Of a stretch of DNA of 64,000 bases, positions 18,301 to 27,600 are shown piece by piece. Each line of letters starts with the position of its first letter. The first letter of the stretch is position 1. Below the pieces are notes generated by a model that was given only the letters and a program-made list of their open reading frames with translations, made no database searches and was not told the DNA's origin. This DNA comes from a virus: the IMG/VR virus record IMGVR_UViG_3300005077_000003, positions 64,001 to 128,000 of that record. One strand, written 5' to 3'. Made by a program: the position numbers and the translations under genes.

Positions 18301-19243
18301 TGGAAACAACCCAGTAATAGCTACAGCAAAAGCAGGTGGTTTAACTTGGCTAGCATCATCCTCTATGGGTAAATGGCTAAATCCAATAAGCGCCTTAGCA
18401 TATCCAGCAAATAGAGCTGCCACAATAGCAAGTGCCGCCGCAGTAGGTGGCGCGTTGTCAACTACAAGAATGGTTGCTACCGGCAAACTGGAAGGAGGAT
18501 TTACCCCGCCTCATATTGAAGAAGAGAGAGAAGTAGAAGAATATTTTGATCAACTAAAATATTTAAAGCATAGAAACTTAGAAGAAGCCGCTAATGATGA
18601 ACAGGCATACCATGTAGCAAACTATGCTAAAAAGCAATCGCGCAAAACATTGTTATATGGTCTACATGCACTAGAAACTAAAGGAAATATATTTGCTTAT
18701 AAAGGAGCACTTAAATCTAAAGAGAGGGCTTACTTTGAGGCCTTTGTAGAGGCTCCAGAAGAGGACAGGAGTGACATCCTATCAATGACCCCTGACCATA
18801 TGAAACGCGCGCTGGAAGCAATATGGGACCGCCAGCGTAAAGATAGACCGCCCGTAGAAGAACAGGCAGAACAATACTGGGATAAACATGCTATGCCAAA
18901 GCCGACGTGGATAGGTTGGCACCCAGATATTGATGATGATGAGGTAAGAATAAAAGCTATTGAGGGTGGCATAAATGGTATTTCTGATAATTTACAAAGA
19001 TTTGGTTATTTCCCCTCACAAAGAAGAGAAGTAAAAGCCAGATTTGGCTACCTTACTTCGCCAGTAGATGATATACATCCAGCAAGTAAAACATTTGAAT
19101 TACCATGGAAAGTTAAGAAGAGAGGAGGAAATATACTTAGCGAGTTCAATTTTGGTGCTGGCGCTGCAATTAATTTATCTAATATTAATATATCAGATGA
19201 TCGCAGTGAAGAGATAGCCTATTTTGCTAATTATATTAGATAA
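15338..19243 (+). CDS. C-terminal part of the giant tape-measure-like protein; starts with ExoIII and contains an inserted thermonuclease (SNase) domain
   Basis: In frame with 13874..15322 across one TAA. Begins (ALTPD)MLKYGSHDPVVT. Has Ala/Gly-rich hydrophobic stretches typical of tape-measure proteins and an SNase-like segment at about 17570-17880. Confidence 0.7.
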   Translation: MLKYGSHDPVVTGDLFDFLKTLAKPTHKEVSATASIAKKAEDIKGSVGRVYEFVGDEPPKLVESGVRLGETGDILFKPSVLRKLHREGKLESIYTKPGPNATWLQKLQHKAGIGPEFQERPGGFVQTLLRAVRSIKAIHTGEAKFAGKRYKSSPSSLLNVVAGSTIPLEERLPEYISRGKYYKQAGEPIKPGFFDRIKAYLGISEDVDIVKASAFEPGRMQIEAADLLIPPKTGGLKPLTKSAYSATEKTIGPTGTLSARRTSEFYTSSANPIDKLYDFANYLTIRLNTLASSQMLGIGYRASGSLTANALRLAAIPAIYIAGTEAIKYADYEIGELTGVRPSFLVSDLYTKARVLQQQARETTGIRKGAETFELTFPGISAGLAGTGLAALGAFATLKGTGSFKAAAAAGAAIYSLIGGPDVAQKPKELEEEYEGIRKVPVRSSSYWLLGYAPFIGGHITHHEPSWYVKHKSQAYKTNIYGSEKEYWSSGTFLPTPQNWFGLKNIIDPYKLERENYYRRPYPTTAGWGEEFPIIGPLVADTIGEIFKPRVRMHEEDNQRVVISNLQQRGAPKDIASYLGIPELPVSIVEYGKPEVLRERLKKYANVALEPAGIWKFALQYFGISFDEGYEEATASNMGSISRRFYEANLGGAFGESEFLRRFLLSDYGRASKFNQQLNPIPNYLPRWLPGSLSNFEEDRAAFYDFSLGDAYTKIQGGEYNLPGVGYESYTPLHGKEAEREEEKIKFTARVVKVVDADTVDISINGGRQRIRLAETMAPEKNTTEGQIAIAAMKSLLSPGDNITVETTRDEFDSGESQGPYGRTIARIWKNGLSINRAMVDSGHATQIDSSYDAVDRFLILSNIAPFSRAYKDAERQVRHMHLTEDWQARVNAAYEEREAKVDRLGLKKYLQEEAEAAKLSPQLRVIRSTYQSVHENLLSEIPIVGSKFFPKRNPVDLYRKFEVEGSGFANWEEPYETILRPAIYDIIGNNPVIATAKAGGLTWLASSSMGKWLNPISALAYPANRAATIASAAAVGGALSTTRMVATGKLEGGFTPPHIEEEREVEEYFDQLKYLKHRNLEEAANDEQAYHVANYAKKQSRKTLLYGLHALETKGNIFAYKGALKSKERAYFEAFVEAPEEDRSDILSMTPDHMKRALEAIWDRQRKDRPPVEEQAEQYWDKHAMPKPTWIGWHPDIDDDEVRIKAIEGGINGISDNLQRFGYFPSQRREVKARFGYLTSPVDDIHPASKTFELPWKVKKRGGNILSEFNFGAGAAINLSNINISDDRSEEIAYFANYIR

Positions 19244-22200
19244 TGAGTATAATAAATGAAATTATAGCATCCCTGATAGGTGATGAAGGGAAAGCTGCAA
19301 TAGGCTATGCTTCAGTAAGCACGAACAGGGTTAGACCTGCTCTAGACAAAGTAGGCATAGAGGCATCTCTTGGCAGTACCAGAGTAAAGTCTATTAGGGC
19401 AAAACAGTACTTGACTACTGATTTTGGTGAGTCTAGAACAGCGTCTACTTTAGTAAAACAGATTGGCATTAAAATGCCAGAGACGCTTACTTCTGTTATT
19501 GGGAAAACAACAGAAGAAAATATACCAAAAGCTCTGTTTGTATACGACGTAGAATTCTTTAAGAGAGCTGCTCTACAAACTGGCGCTAGGCCAAAAAGTG
19601 GTATGGCGCATCTTATAGATGTAAAGCAATTAGTTTTACAAACACTTCCAGAGCTTGCTCCCCAAAACACAAGGATTGAGAACGTATATAGGGCACTGGG
19701 GTTAAGGGGCATAAGCATCCCCGAAGGTAGGGAATTTTTTACAAATAAAGAACGCCTTCAAGCAGTAGAAGAAATAGTACAAGAGGTTTTTTCAAGATCT
19801 CCTGTAGAAGCAAAAAGATTTTTAGAAAGATCTGTCGGACGCCGCTTTGGGATAAATCCACTTGATAAGTATGCCTCATTAATTGATGAGCACCCTTTAC
19901 AAAAGCTTATTGGCCCGGAAACGCTTAACGTAATCCCAGTTAAGAATAAGCTAAAGTCAACTGTACATGTAAGCAACCTAAAATCTCTTAATGAGGGATT
20001 AGTACCGATATTAGAATCTAGGTTTGGGAAACCATTTGCGGAAACATTCAAAACCTTTTCGCATAGATTATTTGAAAGCGTTGACCGCCCAGGAGACGTA
20101 TCCTTCTTACTAACAGGCGGCAATAGACTATTTGTTGGTGTTACTGGTGTAGCCAGTACATACGAAGAGCTTCCTACCCAAATAGGCGGCCTTATAGGCT
20201 ATAAAGGCAAACTGGCTTCTGCGCGCAATATTCTTATAGAGTCAAAAGAAGAAGGCGTTAAAGGAGTAAAAACACTAACAGAAGCTTTCTTTGATGAATT
20301 CATTAAGGGCGTAGAAGAGTATGGAGAAGGTGGTAAGAACGTTACCGCCGCCTTAGAAAAAGGTAGAAAACAAGCTCTTGGTACAGAGCTTTTACCAGGC
20401 TTAAGATTCAAAGATATCAAGGGAGCAGTATCCACATATGGCGATATAAGTTTCCATCAAGCTGCATATATGCAGCACTCTCTTGTAGTTGGCAAAGAGT
20501 CTATGCCACTGCTAGATGAGGAGATTAGGGAAGCTTCACTTAAGGCACAAACATTCCAGGTTACTAAGGAAAGTACTACAGAAAGACTATTAAAAGCACA
20601 AGAAGCAGATCTCGCTAAGCTTGAAGCCAAAGGTATAGAACTCCAAAAAATAACTGGAAGTGATGTTACCATAGGCAAAGAAGGGTATGAAATGATAAGC
20701 AATAAAACAGGCTTATCATTAGCCCCATACTCTTCAATAAGATCATATTTCCCTCCTGGTGCACAAACAGAAAGAGATCTATCAAAGGGAGCCTATCAAC
20801 TAGGTGGTATCAAGGAGACGTGGGAGCCACTAAGACATAGAGTTTTAGAACTTACCAGAAGAAGGCTAGGTCTCACAAGTGCACATCCAGTAGGTACTAC
20901 AATAGGAGTAGTGTCCGAAGAGCAGACTATGCACCAAATGCTTAAGTCTGCTACTGGGAAAGCTGTGATCGAAAAGCCGCTACTTATGTGGCAAGGCTTA
21001 ACCACAGTAGTAGCTCCAGGAGAAAGCCTAAAAGTAAGGAGCATGCTTGGTGATCAAGGTGCTATACTTACTCCTATAGGAAGATTATCTACTCAGAAAA
21101 GAAGAGCACTAGTAGGTACTGAAGCCGCGCTCAATGCGAGCGATTTAATAGATACTATTCGCACCCTTGCTGGGGTAAGAAAAGGAGAAGAATTACCTAA
21201 ACAGTGGAGCAATATATTAGAAAAAGCTCTACAGCAACAAGAGGTCTCTATTAGAGATATTGGCGAAGGTATAAAAATAAAAGGGAAAAGCTCTCTTGTT
21301 CCAAGGGGTGCAGAAGTACTTACTGGCATCTCATATGACGACTGGAATAAAGTATATAAATTTAATTGGAAGACCAAAGCAGGTAGCACATTAACAGAAG
21401 CCTTATTACTAGACAATCAAAGAATAACAGCTAGCGTAGCTGGTGAGTCTTTTCTAGAAGAGCTATTCGGAACTAAAGCCCTAAGAAGTGATATAATCAC
21501 TTCTTCTGAAACCTTTGCAAAAGCAGGTAAAGCCAATATACTTTATACACATATGCTTGGTCTGCTTGGCACCGAAAAGCTACAAAAAGCTGGTGGTGTA
21601 GCAAGGTTCTTAAGGTTATATGAAAAGCATGGCGGTAAGGGATTAGAAAGGGTAGGCAGAAAACAGCAGATCATAGCGACTTCTGAATTTTCATTTAAAA
21701 ACTTCCTTAGCCAAGGTGCTATAGAAGGGCCTGCTGAAAAAGCTCTATCTGAAATGGGCGCATCAGTAGCGCAAATATATGGACTTGCTAAAAGCTCTAC
21801 AGAGTATGGGGAGAGTATATATGAACTTTTCCCGCAAGCTATTAAGCCTGGTCCTAAAGGACCAGAAGTAAAAGGCACTATTTTAGATGAAATAGGAGCA
21901 AAAACTCTTCCTACTTTAGAGGAGCTTAGAGAGGTATCTATGAAAAGCAATATGTTTGCTTTCATAACCAATATGGCAAATAGAACCTCTGAAGTAACTG
22001 ACTTCTTAAATTCTGAAAAGTCATTTAGAATGAGACTCTTTACTTTGCATCAAATGGGTCAATCTCTACCAACTATGTTTGGCCTAGAAAATCCAATGCA
22101 ACATCCTATATATAGGATGGAAATAGAACATCTACAAGAAAGTGTGCCGGGATTAATCTTGAATCCTAACGCCAAAGCAGCTATTGGGAAACCAGGAGGA

Positions 22201-24663
22201 GAAGCTTTCGTAAAACAATTACCAAGAGACATTAAAAATGTGGCATATGCACTCAAATTACCTGCTCTTGAAAAGCTGAAAGTACGTGGCGGCAAAAAAT
22301 ATTTTAAAGGTGTAGAGGTATTAACAAGACAAGAGGCCGCAGAAAGATTCATAAATGCTCCTGGCGGTATAAATGTACAAATGTTAGAAGGAGAAATGAG
22401 TGCCAAAGAGCTTTTTGAAAAAGAGCTCTTAAGAAAGGAAAGACCCGGGTTCTTCCTTCATACTGGAGATACGCCATGGTTTGCGCCAGAAAACCTCGAA
22501 GCAGAAGGCAAAGTTATGAAGGCCTTGCCAGTTAGGGGTACATATATACCGTCTGGTGAAGAACTAAGAAGAATGATAGGACAAGGGGAATTTCCAAGAG
22601 GATCTCTGCTGCATTCTATGGTATCATTGCTACAGCAACCTAATGCAGTATATGGAGCCAAAGAACCTAGCGCAGCAACTAGTGTTACAGTAAGAGGTGC
22701 ATTTGAAAATGTATGGAGGTGGTGGGCTAAAGCTGGAGCAAAAGGCGGCTATTTCCATGAAACTAAGCTTACTAGCAAAAAAATGCCTGGCTCTGCCAGG
22801 GTCAGGCTAACACAGAAAATAGCAAGTAATCGTTCAGAGTTTAATCTTATAAACTCTATGGAGGACATTTATTCCGTTAAAATACAGAAAGATACTCTCC
22901 ATAAAATGGCAAAAGAAATTGCAATAGCTGAGGGTGCAAAAACTCCAGAAGAATTACTTGCAATAGAGGAAGACCTTATTGAAAAAGCATCAAAAGGAAA
23001 ACTATATGGCGCAGTTACGCCAAGACCTCAACATGCTCCATCACATCAAAGGCTGGTAAAATTACAACTTATAAAAGAAGAGGTTACAAAGAAATTAATA
23101 TATGCTGATCAGGCTACTGCAGGAGTTAGTCCATACTTGGCACACGAACTAAGTAGAGACTTTGACAAGGACGCAATAGAAGTTGCAATAATAAGAGCTA
23201 GGCATCTCAAAGGAACTGTCGACCCAGAAGAACTTATAAAGAAGCAGTATGAGATGTCTGCATCACAAAGGAAGCAGTTTGATAGACTAAAAATAGAAGC
23301 AGATAAAGCTCTTTCCACTATAGAAGAAACATTGGAAGGGGCAACAAAAATAGAACAAAAACAGCTGCTAAATAAATATGCGCTAAAGTACTTTGCATTT
23401 GGTAGGACCCCGGCCCTATCACAAGTAGGCTCTTGGACAACCCTTGCATTTGCTCAAAAGATAGCTGATACGGCTACTAGTGAAAAACAAATTGCTGAAG
23501 AGCTAAATAGATTGTTTACAATTTCTGCTGGCGGTGAATATACAGAAGGAATCATACAAAGATATAGAGATATTTTAGGAGAAGGGTCCGAAGCTGGATT
23601 TGCTGGTAGAGTAGAGCGCGCCATAGAAATGTATAGAACTCCATTCCAAGGCGCTCTTACAAAAGCAGGAGAGATTAAAGACTTGCTTGATGATTTCCTA
23701 AATATTCCCGGCATTATTAAAGAAAGAGCAGAATCTTATGTAGTTGGTAAGGAAAAACCATTAATAGAAGAAACCATAAGTATGGTTGAAGAATATCTAA
23801 CTAAAGCCCTTGGAGCTACAGATGAGGAAGTTCTTGGAAATATAGCCACAGGATATGGAGAATACTACGTAAGAGAGGCAGCAAAATCAGCAACTAGTGG
23901 AGTCAAGAAAGCCATCACCAGATTAGCGGCAGAAGATCTTGGCACCGTTATAGGCGTTTCTGCTATTGCAATGCAGAGACATCACGGCGGGAGAGTAATA
24001 GGTAACCCAATGAGAGACGCTTTCCAAAAAGTAAAAGGATCAATGGCGTCTCTGTGGTCGTTTGTTACTGGTGAACCAGTTCAAAATATTAGAGAGTCCA
24101 TGGTAGAAATTGCTATGGAACATAGCGATAGATCTGCTGAAGAACTTGGCGAAAAAGCTGCCAAGGTCATGGAAAAGACCATAGACAAAGCAACCACTAA
24201 AGCCAGCAATATTCTGAAAGATTCAGAAGTACTAAATGATATCTCTGCGAAGATGAAAGGTAAGTGGGGATTAGTTGCTGGTATAGCTGCCGGGCTATTT
24301 GTTTTGCGAGAGTTAAGCGGAATAGTTTCTGATGTTGGCGGGTTTGCCGGCGGTAGTGCTCCTATCCCAAGACAGCCACTGCTGTCATTCCCAGAAGTGC
24401 ATAATTTATTCGATAGCCAACAACCTACTGCCAACGTAATGCCGGTTGAAGGATATAACTCTTCACTAAACTATCAAGGTGGTGGCTATCAAGATGTTGA
24501 AGATATCACAGATAATCTAGGTGAAATCACAAATAGAGGTGCCAACTTCTCTAATATAAATATCAGAGATAGCAGAAAATACTCTAGTAATTTTGCTATG
24601 TCACAAGCATACAAGAAACAGGGTGTTAGTGATTTTACACACCAATATCAATATAATCAGTAA
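19243..24663 (+). CDS. Giant virion-associated protein with two-barrel (double-psi beta-barrel) RNA polymerase-like motifs; candidate single-chain virion RNAP
   Basis: Ordered motifs: ERDLSKGAYQ, GLTTVVA...GDQGAIL, LLDNQRITAS...DIITSS...NILYTHMLG (beta-like), then GAKGGYFHETKLTSKKMPGSARVRL, TPRPQH, VSPYLAHELSRDFDKDAIEV (beta'-like; triad at 23158-23172), then FQGALTKAG. Confidence 0.6.
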   Translation: MSIINEIIASLIGDEGKAAIGYASVSTNRVRPALDKVGIEASLGSTRVKSIRAKQYLTTDFGESRTASTLVKQIGIKMPETLTSVIGKTTEENIPKALFVYDVEFFKRAALQTGARPKSGMAHLIDVKQLVLQTLPELAPQNTRIENVYRALGLRGISIPEGREFFTNKERLQAVEEIVQEVFSRSPVEAKRFLERSVGRRFGINPLDKYASLIDEHPLQKLIGPETLNVIPVKNKLKSTVHVSNLKSLNEGLVPILESRFGKPFAETFKTFSHRLFESVDRPGDVSFLLTGGNRLFVGVTGVASTYEELPTQIGGLIGYKGKLASARNILIESKEEGVKGVKTLTEAFFDEFIKGVEEYGEGGKNVTAALEKGRKQALGTELLPGLRFKDIKGAVSTYGDISFHQAAYMQHSLVVGKESMPLLDEEIREASLKAQTFQVTKESTTERLLKAQEADLAKLEAKGIELQKITGSDVTIGKEGYEMISNKTGLSLAPYSSIRSYFPPGAQTERDLSKGAYQLGGIKETWEPLRHRVLELTRRRLGLTSAHPVGTTIGVVSEEQTMHQMLKSATGKAVIEKPLLMWQGLTTVVAPGESLKVRSMLGDQGAILTPIGRLSTQKRRALVGTEAALNASDLIDTIRTLAGVRKGEELPKQWSNILEKALQQQEVSIRDIGEGIKIKGKSSLVPRGAEVLTGISYDDWNKVYKFNWKTKAGSTLTEALLLDNQRITASVAGESFLEELFGTKALRSDIITSSETFAKAGKANILYTHMLGLLGTEKLQKAGGVARFLRLYEKHGGKGLERVGRKQQIIATSEFSFKNFLSQGAIEGPAEKALSEMGASVAQIYGLAKSSTEYGESIYELFPQAIKPGPKGPEVKGTILDEIGAKTLPTLEELREVSMKSNMFAFITNMANRTSEVTDFLNSEKSFRMRLFTLHQMGQSLPTMFGLENPMQHPIYRMEIEHLQESVPGLILNPNAKAAIGKPGGEAFVKQLPRDIKNVAYALKLPALEKLKVRGGKKYFKGVEVLTRQEAAERFINAPGGINVQMLEGEMSAKELFEKELLRKERPGFFLHTGDTPWFAPENLEAEGKVMKALPVRGTYIPSGEELRRMIGQGEFPRGSLLHSMVSLLQQPNAVYGAKEPSAATSVTVRGAFENVWRWWAKAGAKGGYFHETKLTSKKMPGSARVRLTQKIASNRSEFNLINSMEDIYSVKIQKDTLHKMAKEIAIAEGAKTPEELLAIEEDLIEKASKGKLYGAVTPRPQHAPSHQRLVKLQLIKEEVTKKLIYADQATAGVSPYLAHELSRDFDKDAIEVAIIRARHLKGTVDPEELIKKQYEMSASQRKQFDRLKIEADKALSTIEETLEGATKIEQKQLLNKYALKYFAFGRTPALSQVGSWTTLAFAQKIADTATSEKQIAEELNRLFTISAGGEYTEGIIQRYRDILGEGSEAGFAGRVERAIEMYRTPFQGALTKAGEIKDLLDDFLNIPGIIKERAESYVVGKEKPLIEETISMVEEYLTKALGATDEEVLGNIATGYGEYYVREAAKSATSGVKKAITRLAAEDLGTVIGVSAIAMQRHHGGRVIGNPMRDAFQKVKGSMASLWSFVTGEPVQNIRESMVEIAMEHSDRSAEELGEKAAKVMEKTIDKATTKASNILKDSEVLNDISAKMKGKWGLVAGIAAGLFVLRELSGIVSDVGGFAGGSAPIPRQPLLSFPEVHNLFDSQQPTANVMPVEGYNSSLNYQGGGYQDVEDITDNLGEITNRGANFSNINIRDSRKYSSNFAMSQAYKKQGVSDFTHQYQYNQ

Positions 24664-27600
24664 TGACCTTAAATATATTTGATGAGACTGGTATTGAAAG
24701 ATCTGAGCAGACTCTTACCAGTGAGCAGCTAGCTGCAGCGCATGCTTCTACTAGGAACCTTGGTACTCCTATTAGAAGTACGTATAATACTCCATCTACT
24801 AATAGAAACAATCCAGTACTACCACCTATCAAACATACTGTTTACGGTAAAAATCCTGGTTCATTAGCTGCCAAGGATCAAACCTTTTTACAGATAGGAC
24901 CACATATATATGGTGGTGAAGTACAGGATATACAAATATTAGAGAATAAGGCAGTCGCACAATTTCTTGGTGTTAGAACATCAGCAGACTTTTTAGTTGA
25001 TAGCGGAGATGGTGATGCAAATATAGTTATTAGTTTACTATTTTCTGGAGTAGAACATATCTACTCTGGTTTAGTACCACTTATAGCTTTATTTAAAATA
25101 TCTCCGCTAACAAGTATAAAAAATGAGATGATAACATCATCTCTATCAAATGAATTTGTTGATAATATTGCTGATGGTGCGACAAAGCTTGCTCTAGATA
25201 AAGCTGACGAAATAATAAACAAAGCTTCTTTATATGAAGCATCAAGTATATTTATAGAGAATATTAGGCCATATTATGATGGCATACTCCCACAGGTTGT
25301 TAATTTAGAGTTTTTTAACAGTTTTAGAAATAATCAAGATTATAATAAACTACCCATGTGGGGTTACTATAACTGGGATACTTATGATGATTTTATTAAC
25401 TATAAAGCATTACCAAGATACAGCAACTCTGAAAAACTTAAATTAGCTTCTTCGGAAGAATATACTGAAAAACTTAAGAAGAAGCTAGTAAACAGAAAGC
25501 CCTCTAATTTCGTTCCGGTAGCTTTTACTGATATAACAATACAAACACATACTGAACTATCTGATACACTAATAGCCCGCTTAGTGTTTAAGAGGGTAGA
25601 TGTTTCTGCTTATAGCTCAACTAGTTTATTATATAGAAGTGCTAACAATACTCCTACAGATGATCCATTGAACGCCTATTGGCTACGTAGGATGCTAGAT
25701 CTTTATATAAACAAGTATTTAGATAAGAGCTATGTATTTGCTAATATGGGAGATGGGATAAGTGAAGAAGTATCACTAAGGTTTGCAGGCAATGATATAG
25801 TATTAAATATATTTAAGAAAGAATATAATCTAAATAATCTTGTGGTACAAGATACAGGATCAAATAGAGATTCTGTTGTAATGCAAATGCAAATTGCATA
25901 TGGTAATAAATTTTCTTTTGTAAGAAGGGCGGGTACAAGCTTCCCAACAGCACAGTTTATGGGCTATGGTAGTGGCACCTGTGCGATGGCTATAAAAACA
26001 AAGTCTGCTGAAAAGTTTAAGTCCATACATGCATACAAATCTGCCGCCGACTTCTTTATAAGAACACAAGATAGATTTGATAGATTTACTGGTTGGGAAA
26101 TAAGATCATCAATAGTTAAGATGTTTAATACATCTAGCTTACCCAATTCTTTACCAAATAAGCCAGCAGAATTTAAATCAGCATGGTATCCAATACAAGT
26201 ACAGTCATCTACTGATCCAGATTATCCTAATGTAAAAAATATATCTATAACATTTAAAGAAACAAACCCGGATTTCTATTCTGATTTTGGATTTTCAGTA
26301 TATAGAAAAGGATATCGCCTTGATAACCTAAGAGATTTCTTTAATGAAATATGGGATAGAGCAGTAAGGTATAGAAAAGGTGAGGGAGATTCTTTAGACA
26401 TTACTGCACATACAGCAGTATTTGGTACAGGAGATCCATATGAACTAGAATACAGTATGGTTAATGAAGATACTATAGCTGCTGTATTCTATAACGCATA
26501 TAGATTTAATACAAAAAGTCAATACTTCTCTCCAGAAGCTAATGATATTAGTGAAAAACTTTTTTCAAGACTAATGTACAGTAAAAAGTTTTCTGGATTT
26601 GAAGGATCATCTGTTACACTACCAGAGCATTTAAATAATGAACTTGGAGAAATCTTATCTCCTTTTGAATTAACTAGTGATTTTGAACTTAATAATGAAA
26701 CATTTGCAAATCTAGCTACTCTAGTAGCTGACTATTATTTTGATGTAGATGACACAGATGTATATAATGGTCTTGTAAATGCTATAAATAAAGTAGCATC
26801 TGGAGAATCTGGCAGAAGGAGTTTATATTCATATATATACCAACACATGGATATATTAATGAATAATGAATTTAGAGACTCTCTGTTTGCAGTAATCGCC
26901 AGAAGACCAAAGCCAGAAGTTAATGAGCATCAGTATAGCCTACACGGACTAAGTTCTGCGTTTTCGACACTGTCGCTTGTTTTGGAAGCAAAAGGTAAAG
27001 AACTATTAAGTGACGAATCCTACAGTGCACTATCTCAAACAAAAAGAGATGAAACAAAAATAATATTGGATTCTAATAATACGCAATCTAGAACAGAAAC
27101 CGCAACAGCATATCCAGATTATTTTAGAGCCACTTATGGTGAGCTGTTTAATGTTGTAGATGGCAACCCATTATATTGGAAAAACTTTGCCCCTACATTT
27201 CAGGATATGGGCATAATAAATGCCGATCCAAAGTTCTTAGAAAAGTATGATAGTTTTACAGAGTCGTCTGTTAAAGATGCGCAAAATCAGACTATAGCTA
27301 CTATAGATAGTCCAGTACCACCAAGTATAATATTCTATCACGAAAGATTATTAGACAAAGAGTTTATGCATCAGGTAGATGAAGATGTGTCTAACTATCA
27401 TGACAAACTTTCTAAGATGCGCATGTATATATCTTTTGATATACAAAAAGTATTAAAAGATGAATATGGCAGATATCTTGGGGAGAATGAAAACTTTGAC
27501 CAGTCTAAAATAGACGGATTAGCTGACGTAATAGAAAAAGGATTACAAAAACAAAACTCTTCTAAGAGCAGACAAGACTATATCAAATCAGGCGGTTTAC

